Positions 26,899 to 32,000 of a stretch of 32,000 nucleotides of DNA are shown in pieces (within the stretch, counting starts at the first letter, position 1; the number at the start of each line of letters is the position of its first letter). Origin of the DNA: Megasphaera elsdenii DSM 20460 (GTDB lineage: Bacteria > Bacillota > Negativicutes > Veillonellales > Megasphaeraceae); assembly GCF_003010495.1 (NCBI RefSeq), contig NZ_CP027570.1, positions 2,446,943 through 2,478,942 of the forward strand, given 5' to 3'. Below the pieces are notes generated by a model. It was not told the DNA's origin, did not search any database, and worked only from the letters and a program-made list of their open reading frames with translations. Both the position numbers and the translations under genes were made by a program.

Positions 26899-29800
26899 TT
26901 ATTTAGCATCGGAAATGACGCGGACGCGTTCGATGGTCGGTTTGCCATCGCGGTCTTTCTGAATCGTGTCGATGCGGATGTACTGGAGTTCTGGCGAAAA
27001 TTCTTTGACCAGCTTGCTCAGTTCCGGATCCGTGCTGCCGACACCGCTTTCGACGATGCGGTAGACGATGGCAGCAAATTCATAACGCGTCATCATGCGG
27101 TCGCCTTTAAATTCGCCATCCGGGTAGCCTTCAAGGATACCTTTCTTGGCCAGCGTCGTGACGTACTGGTAAGCCCAATGGTTTTCGGCCACATCCGGGA
27201 AGAGCACGCTCTTGGCCGGGTCGACAGCCATGCCATGCATACTTTGCAGTTTGGCAATGAGGGCGTCCTGTTCGGCCATGTGCTGGCGCATGGCTTTCAT
27301 TTCCTTAGCCATGGCCACGCGAGATGTGGAAACATGGTTACCCTGGCCAAGCTTAATGCTGACACCGGCATTGACCATGTTTTCCCCGCCGCCGAAGGAA
27401 CCGCCGACGCTGAACATGGTGTCTTCATTGGGACGGTAGTAAGCACCGACAGCGGCCGCATTGGCACCACGGTAATTGCCGTAACCAGCGGCGAAGTCCC
27501 ACTTATCATCCGGGTCGAAGTCCAGCGGATGGAGAGCTGCCAGTGCAGCGGCACCGGCACCGACGCGATTGATGCGGTTGCCCAGTTTATTGACCGAACC
27601 GCTGAGGCCATTGATAGCCTGGTCACGCTGCCAGAGCTGGCTGCCGTTGACGGCATCCGTCGAATCCTGGCTGACCTTGCCCGGTGCAACGCCTTCAATC
27701 TTGTTGCCGCCCATATTGACAGCGCCCTGCTGGATGGTAATGTCCTGATGACTGCTATCGCCGGTTTTGATGGTAAGACCACCGTTATCCATAGTCGTGT
27801 TGCCTGTCGTAATGGTTTTAGCTTCGATACTGCTGATACCTTTAAGGTCTTTGGCCAATTTGACTTGCAATTTGGCATTATCACCATCTTGCGAAGCAAC
27901 GACACCGATATTATTGCCATCGGCATATTCCGTAGCACCACCGTAAATCTGGACATTCTTGTTCAGTTTCACCGCAGCATTGCCGGAATCGCCGCTGTAC
28001 TTCATGCCATCGTCCATGGTAGCCACTTCATGAGTTACATGGTTGTGGTCTTCGTATACGACGCGGTCCATGCCGTCTTTGCCACCATGGCCGTCGGTAC
28101 CATCGACACCGACCTGGCCATTCTTGACATGGATATCAGCCGATGCGTTCTGACCATCTTTGCCGGCAGAACCCGTCAGGCCAATGTGGCCTTCCGTACC
28201 ATTCTTACCGTCGATACCCTTGATGGTGACACCATCTTTGCCATCTTTACCTTTGATGGAAATGCCATCCTTGCCATCAATGCCGATGCCGGACTTGCCA
28301 TCAGCCCCATTGATACCCATATGGCCATTCTGTCCATCTTTACCGTCTTTGCCAGCACCACCGATATTCAGGTTATCGCTGAGCTTCAGATCATAAACCT
28401 TCTGCCCATCGTCGCCTGTCTTCTGAGCAATCTGGAGGTTGCCTTCCGAATACGTATTTTCTGTTGTTGGTGCAACTGTACCGCCATTGACGGTGACTTC
28501 CGTATGATGCTTGTCGACCTTATCGATCTTCGTGTTCACATCAGCGATCTGCTTGTTGACATTCGACTCGACCTGATGGAGCTGATCCTCTGTAGCAGCA
28601 CGGCCGCTGACATAGGAACCATCATTCTTCCAGGTCTTATTATCCAGATTAGTGACAAACTTACCGCCATCGGCTTTCTTATCCGTAGCCTTGCCATCCT
28701 TATCATAAATGGTCAGGCTGCTGTCGCCATTTTTGATGTTGCCAATCTTGACGCCATTGTTGCCGCCAGCGACAATCTGGCCCTTCGAGCCATCGACAGT
28801 GACCTTGTTGTCGCCTGTACCGGCCGTAATCGTGCCATCGGTGCCGCTGATAGCAACTGTCTTGTCACCCTTAGCGGTATCGCCAAAAGTGACATCCTTG
28901 GCCAAATCGACGGTGTATTTTTTACCGCCAGTCGAATTCATACCTTCTGTGACAGTGATATTCTTCGAACCAGCTTCTACCGTCGCATGCTGACCAGCCA
29001 GAGTCTTGACGTCATTCAACTGGGATACATTTACAGCATCCGTATCATTGGTACCAGCAACCACATTGGTAATTCTGTTGCCGCCGTTGTCGAGGCCCCT
29101 ATCCGTCAACGAGACTGTCGTCGTCTTATCTCCCTCTTTCTTGGTAATGGCCATACCGCCATCGTTGATGGTCGTATTGCCCATCGTGACAGAGCCGTTG
29201 TTGCCCAGGTTGAGGTCCTTGTTCAGTTTGACCAGCAGCTGGCCGTTATCTCCGTCCTGGCTCGATACGACGCCGATGTTGCCGTCTGTAAGGTCGCTTT
29301 CATTCTTGGCATTGCCTTTGACATTGACCTGTTTGTCCAGTTTGACTGCCGAGGGGGTGCCAAAGTCACCACCGAATTTCAGGCCATCATCGAGGGTGGC
29401 CACTTCATGTTTGGTCTGGCTCTTGTCTTCGTAGATGATGCGCGTTATGCCATCTGTCCCATCGACGCCTGCTTTACCTTTGTCGCCCTTGATGGTGAGG
29501 CCGTTGGCCCCATCCTTGCCATTCAGGCCGATGCTGCCGTCCCTGCCGTTGATGACTACGGCCGAGCCGTCTTTGCCATTGACGCCGATCGTACCGTCAA
29601 CACCATTCTTGCCCGGTTCGCCTTTTTCACCGACCGTGACGCTGTTGCCCTTGATGTCCTTGTCCATCTTGATGGTCAGGCTGCCATCGGTATTCCCGAT
29701 GACCTTGAGGTTTTCTCCGGAATAATTCGCATCCGCTTTCGTGCCTTCCCCTTGGATGGTCAGTTTCTGGCCCAGGTTGCGGTGAACGGTGACTTCCTTG

Positions 29801-31806
29801 TTGTTACCCTGGAAATCCAGGCCTTTCATTTTCAGGTCAGTTTCCGTAGTCTGAACAATGTTCTTCACGTCCCCGATATTCGCGCCGTTGGTCAGCGTGT
29901 TATAGGTCGGTTTGCCATCAGCCGTGCCATCGGAGCCGCTGCCCATGTTCTTCACCTGGTTGCCGCCCAGCATTACATTGCCCTCTGTGATGGCAATATT
30001 CTTATTTGTATCATCATTCTTGATGGTCAGGCCGCTGTTGTCGATGGTGGTATTTCCCGTCGTGACACTCGTCAGGTCCGTCAGCTTCTTTGCCATCTGG
30101 ACTTTCAGTTTGCCATCGGCCGTACTCTGGACAGCGATGTTCTTATCCGTCAGGTCGCCCTGGGCTCCGCCGACGATGTCGAGCTGTTCATTCAGTTTCT
30201 TCGTGATGACCTTATCATCATCGCCCTTGAACTTCAGGCCGTCATCAAGGGTAGCCACTTCATGTTTGGTCTGGCTCTTGTCTTCGTAGATGATGCGCGT
30301 TATGCCATCTGTCCCATCGACGCCTGCTTTACCTTTGTCGCCCTTGATGGTGAGGCCGTTGGCCCCATCCTTGCCATTCAGGCCGATGCTGCCGTCCCTG
30401 CCGTTGATGACTACGGCCGAGCCGTCTTTGCCATTGACACCGATCGTACCGTCAACACCATTCTTGCCCGGTTCGCCTTTTTCACCGACCGTGACGCTGT
30501 TGCCCTTGATGTCCTTGTCCATCTTGATGGTCAGGCTGCCATCGGTATTCCCGATGACCTTGAGGTTTTCTCCGGAATAATTCGCATCCGCTTTCGTGCC
30601 TTCCCCTTGGATGGTCAGTTTCTGGCCCAGGTTGCGGTGAACGGTGACTTCCTTGTTGTTACCCTGGAAATCCAGGCCTTTCATTTTCAGGTCAGTTTCC
30701 GTAGTCTGAACAATGTTCTTCACGTCCCCGATATTCGCGCCGTTGGTCAGCGTGTTATAGGTCGGTTTGCCATCAGCCGTGCCATCGGAGCCGCTGCCCA
30801 TGTTCTTCACCTGGTTGCCGCCCAGCATTACATTGCCCTCTGTGATGGCAATATTCTTATTTGTATCATCATTCTTGATGGTCAGGCCGCTGTTGTCGAT
30901 GGTGGTATTTCCCGTCGTGACACTCGTCAGGTCCGTCAGCTTCTTTGCCATCTGGACTTTCAGTTTGCCATCGGCCGTACTCTGGACAGCGATGTTCTTA
31001 TCCGTCAGGTCGCCCTGGGCTCCGCCGACGATGTCGAGCTGTTCATTCAGTTTCTTCGTGATGACCTTATCATCATCGCCCTTGAACTTCAGGCCGTCAT
31101 CAAGGGTAGCCACTTCATGTTTGGTCTGGCTCTTGTCTTCGTAGATGATGCGCGTTATGCCATCTGTCCCATCGACGCCTGCTTTACCTTTGTCGCCCTT
31201 GATGGTGAGGCCGTTGGCCCCATCCTTGCCATTCAGGCCGATGCTGCCGTCCCTGCCGTTGATGACTACGGCCGAGCCGTCTTTGCCATTGACACCGATC
31301 GTACCGTCAACACCATTCTTGCCCGGTTCGCCTTTTTCACCGACCGTGACGCTGTTGCCCTTGATGTCCTTGTCCATCTTGATGGTCAGGCTGCCATCGG
31401 TATTCCCGATGACCTTGAGGTTTTCTCCGGAATAATTCGCATCCGCTTTCGTGCCTTCCCCTTGGATGGTCAGTTTCTGGCCCAGGTTGCGGTGAACGGT
31501 GACTTCCTTGTTGTTACCCTGGAAATCCAGGCCTTTCATTTTCAGGTCAGTTTCCGTAGTCTGAACAATGTTCTTCACGTCCCCGATATTCGCGCCGTTG
31601 GTCAGCGTGTTATAGGTCGGTTTGCCATCAGCCGTGCCATCGGAGCCGCTGCCCATGTTCTTCACCTGGTTGCCGCCCAGCATTACATTGCCCTCTGTGA
31701 TGGCAATATTCTTATTTGTATCATCATTCTTGATGGTCAGGCCGCTGTTGTCGATGGTGGTATTTCCCGTCGTGACACTCGTCAGGTCCGTCAGCTTCTT
31801 TGCCAT
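26899..31806 (-). CDS. Trimeric autotransporter adhesin (YadA-like stalk/head repeats, YadA membrane anchor, coiled coil, C-terminal SLH domain). This is the reading frame downstream of a 20-bp duplication; the true gene continues upstream.
   Basis: 1635 aa. Repeated modules TTGNTTIDNSGLTIK and G-x-x-G runs (GEKGEPGKNGVDGTIGVNGKDG). Neck DAVNGSQLW, then anchor AGAAALAALHPLDFDPDDKWDFAAGYGNYRGANAAAVGAYYRPNEDTMFSVGGSF (about 27340-27657). SLH domain FPDVAENHWAYQYVTTLAKKGILEGYPDGEFKGDRMMTRYEFAAIVYR (about 27050-27200). The 'start' at 31806 is an internal Met of the repeat unit. Confidence 0.93.
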   Translation of the reverse strand: MAKKLTDLTSVTTGNTTIDNSGLTIKNDDTNKNIAITEGNVMLGGNQVKNMGSGSDGTADGKPTYNTLTNGANIGDVKNIVQTTETDLKMKGLDFQGNNKEVTVHRNLGQKLTIQGEGTKADANYSGENLKVIGNTDGSLTIKMDKDIKGNSVTVGEKGEPGKNGVDGTIGVNGKDGSAVVINGRDGSIGLNGKDGANGLTIKGDKGKAGVDGTDGITRIIYEDKSQTKHEVATLDDGLKFKGDDDKVITKKLNEQLDIVGGAQGDLTDKNIAVQSTADGKLKVQMAKKLTDLTSVTTGNTTIDNSGLTIKNDDTNKNIAITEGNVMLGGNQVKNMGSGSDGTADGKPTYNTLTNGANIGDVKNIVQTTETDLKMKGLDFQGNNKEVTVHRNLGQKLTIQGEGTKADANYSGENLKVIGNTDGSLTIKMDKDIKGNSVTVGEKGEPGKNGVDGTIGVNGKDGSAVVINGRDGSIGLNGKDGANGLTIKGDKGKAGVDGTDGITRIIYEDKSQTKHEVATLDDGLKFKGDDDKVITKKLNEQLDIVGGAQGDLTDKNIAVQSTADGKLKVQMAKKLTDLTSVTTGNTTIDNSGLTIKNDDTNKNIAITEGNVMLGGNQVKNMGSGSDGTADGKPTYNTLTNGANIGDVKNIVQTTETDLKMKGLDFQGNNKEVTVHRNLGQKLTIQGEGTKADANYSGENLKVIGNTDGSLTIKMDKDIKGNSVTVGEKGEPGKNGVDGTIGVNGKDGSAVVINGRDGSIGLNGKDGANGLTIKGDKGKAGVDGTDGITRIIYEDKSQTKHEVATLDDGLKFGGDFGTPSAVKLDKQVNVKGNAKNESDLTDGNIGVVSSQDGDNGQLLVKLNKDLNLGNNGSVTMGNTTINDGGMAITKKEGDKTTTVSLTDRGLDNGGNRITNVVAGTNDTDAVNVSQLNDVKTLAGQHATVEAGSKNITVTEGMNSTGGKKYTVDLAKDVTFGDTAKGDKTVAISGTDGTITAGTGDNKVTVDGSKGQIVAGGNNGVKIGNIKNGDSSLTIYDKDGKATDKKADGGKFVTNLDNKTWKNDGSYVSGRAATEDQLHQVESNVNKQIADVNTKIDKVDKHHTEVTVNGGTVAPTTENTYSEGNLQIAQKTGDDGQKVYDLKLSDNLNIGGAGKDGKDGQNGHMGINGADGKSGIGIDGKDGISIKGKDGKDGVTIKGIDGKNGTEGHIGLTGSAGKDGQNASADIHVKNGQVGVDGTDGHGGKDGMDRVVYEDHNHVTHEVATMDDGMKYSGDSGNAAVKLNKNVQIYGGATEYADGNNIGVVASQDGDNAKLQVKLAKDLKGISSIEAKTITTGNTTMDNGGLTIKTGDSSHQDITIQQGAVNMGGNKIEGVAPGKVSQDSTDAVNGSQLWQRDQAINGLSGSVNKLGNRINRVGAGAAALAALHPLDFDPDDKWDFAAGYGNYRGANAAAVGAYYRPNEDTMFSVGGSFGGGENMVNAGVSIKLGQGNHVSTSRVAMAKEMKAMRQHMAEQDALIAKLQSMHGMAVDPAKSVLFPDVAENHWAYQYVTTLAKKGILEGYPDGEFKGDRMMTRYEFAAIVYRIVESGVGSTDPELSKLVKEFSPELQYIRIDTIQKDRDGKPTIERVRVISDAK

Positions 31807-31840
31807 CTGGACTTTCAGTTTGCCATCTGGACTTTCAGTT
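31801..31840. repeat. 20-bp direct tandem duplication (tgccatctggactttcagtt x2) that frameshifts the adhesin gene
   Basis: Other copies read ...cttctt-tgccatctggactttcagtt-tgccatcggcc (for example 30945-30975). Here the 20-mer occurs twice (31801-31820 and 31821-31840). The unit is bounded by the 7-nt microhomology TGCCATC. Confidence 0.95.
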
Positions 31841-32000
31841 TGCCATCGGCCGTACTCTGGACAGCGATGTTCTTATCCGTCAGGTCGCCCTGGGCTCCGC
31901 CGACGATGTCGAGCTGTTCATTCAGTTTCTTCGTGATGACCTTATCATCATCGCCCTTGAACTTCAGGCCGTCATCAAGGGTAGCCACTTCATGTTTGGT
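31815..32000 (-). pseudogene. Upstream part of the same adhesin gene (extends beyond the window), terminated by TGA 31815-31817, which is created by the duplication
   Basis: In the repeat-unit frame, translation reads ...LKFKGDDDKVITKKLNEQLDIVGGAQGDLTDKNIAVQSTADGKLKVQMAN-stop. It is identical to the other repeat copies up to the duplication. Confidence 0.85.

Larger units (their letters stand above)
29398..32000. repeat. 855-bp (285-aa) near-identical tandem repeats inside the adhesin gene: 3 full copies plus the start of a 4th at the window edge
   Basis: Copies lie at about 29398-30252, 30253-31107, 31108-31982 (875 bp because of the 20-bp duplication) and 31983 onward. The plus-strand shadow ORFs 29435/30290/31145 and 29912/30767/31622 recur with a period of exactly 855. 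The only difference I saw is G at 29584 versus A at 30439 and 31294, which is synonymous. Confidence 0.95.

Noticed and set aside
29435-31936. Recurrent plus-strand ORFs (96 aa and 125 aa, three identical copies each), rich in Pro/Leu/Ser
   Set aside because: They are antisense shadows of the 855-bp adhesin repeat. Their identity simply reflects the tandem repeat, and they have no start context or domain.

Overview
This is a 32 kb window of about 55% GC, and nearly all of it is minus-strand housekeeping genes. The organism looks like a diderm Firmicute (Negativicutes/Veillonellaceae, possibly Megasphaera-like). I infer that from a trimeric autotransporter carrying a YadA-type anchor plus a C-terminal SLH domain, and from Bacillus-like gene order.

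Gene content, left to right:
- Partial DUF898 membrane protein (+).
- Minus strand: RlmI-like rRNA methyltransferase, hslU, hslV, trmFO, topA.
- leu operon leuA-leuC-leuD-leuB (minus), controlled by a Leu (CUC) T-box leader.
- Divergent DEAD-box RNA helicase (+).
- A long minus-strand string: miaB, mutS, mutL, RsmJ-like methyltransferase, miaA, YnbB-like PLP enzyme, rnmV, rsmA.
- A PrpR_N/sigma-54-activator-derived regulator, an orphan RelB/DinJ RHH protein, and a giant trimeric autotransporter adhesin that runs off the right edge.

I recognise no defence island, CRISPR array, transposase or other novel multi-gene system. The points worth a second look are:
1. A family of REP-like elements (8-9 bp GC-only hairpin followed by CTACG, i.e. 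GTAG on the other strand) sits in several intergenic regions. About 460 bp of these elements also fill the mutL linker, where they are translated as 15-aa repeats, and mutL is frameshifted there.
2. Three more genes are interrupted: miaB by an in-frame TGA, the regulator by a frameshift at a T6 run, and the adhesin by a 20-bp microhomology-flanked tandem duplication.
3. The adhesin contains at least three near-identical 855-bp tandem repeats.
4. An intra-operon hairpin between leuA and leuC is built from CAAACNT heptads.

All functional calls rest on motif recognition in the supplied translations. No database search was run.
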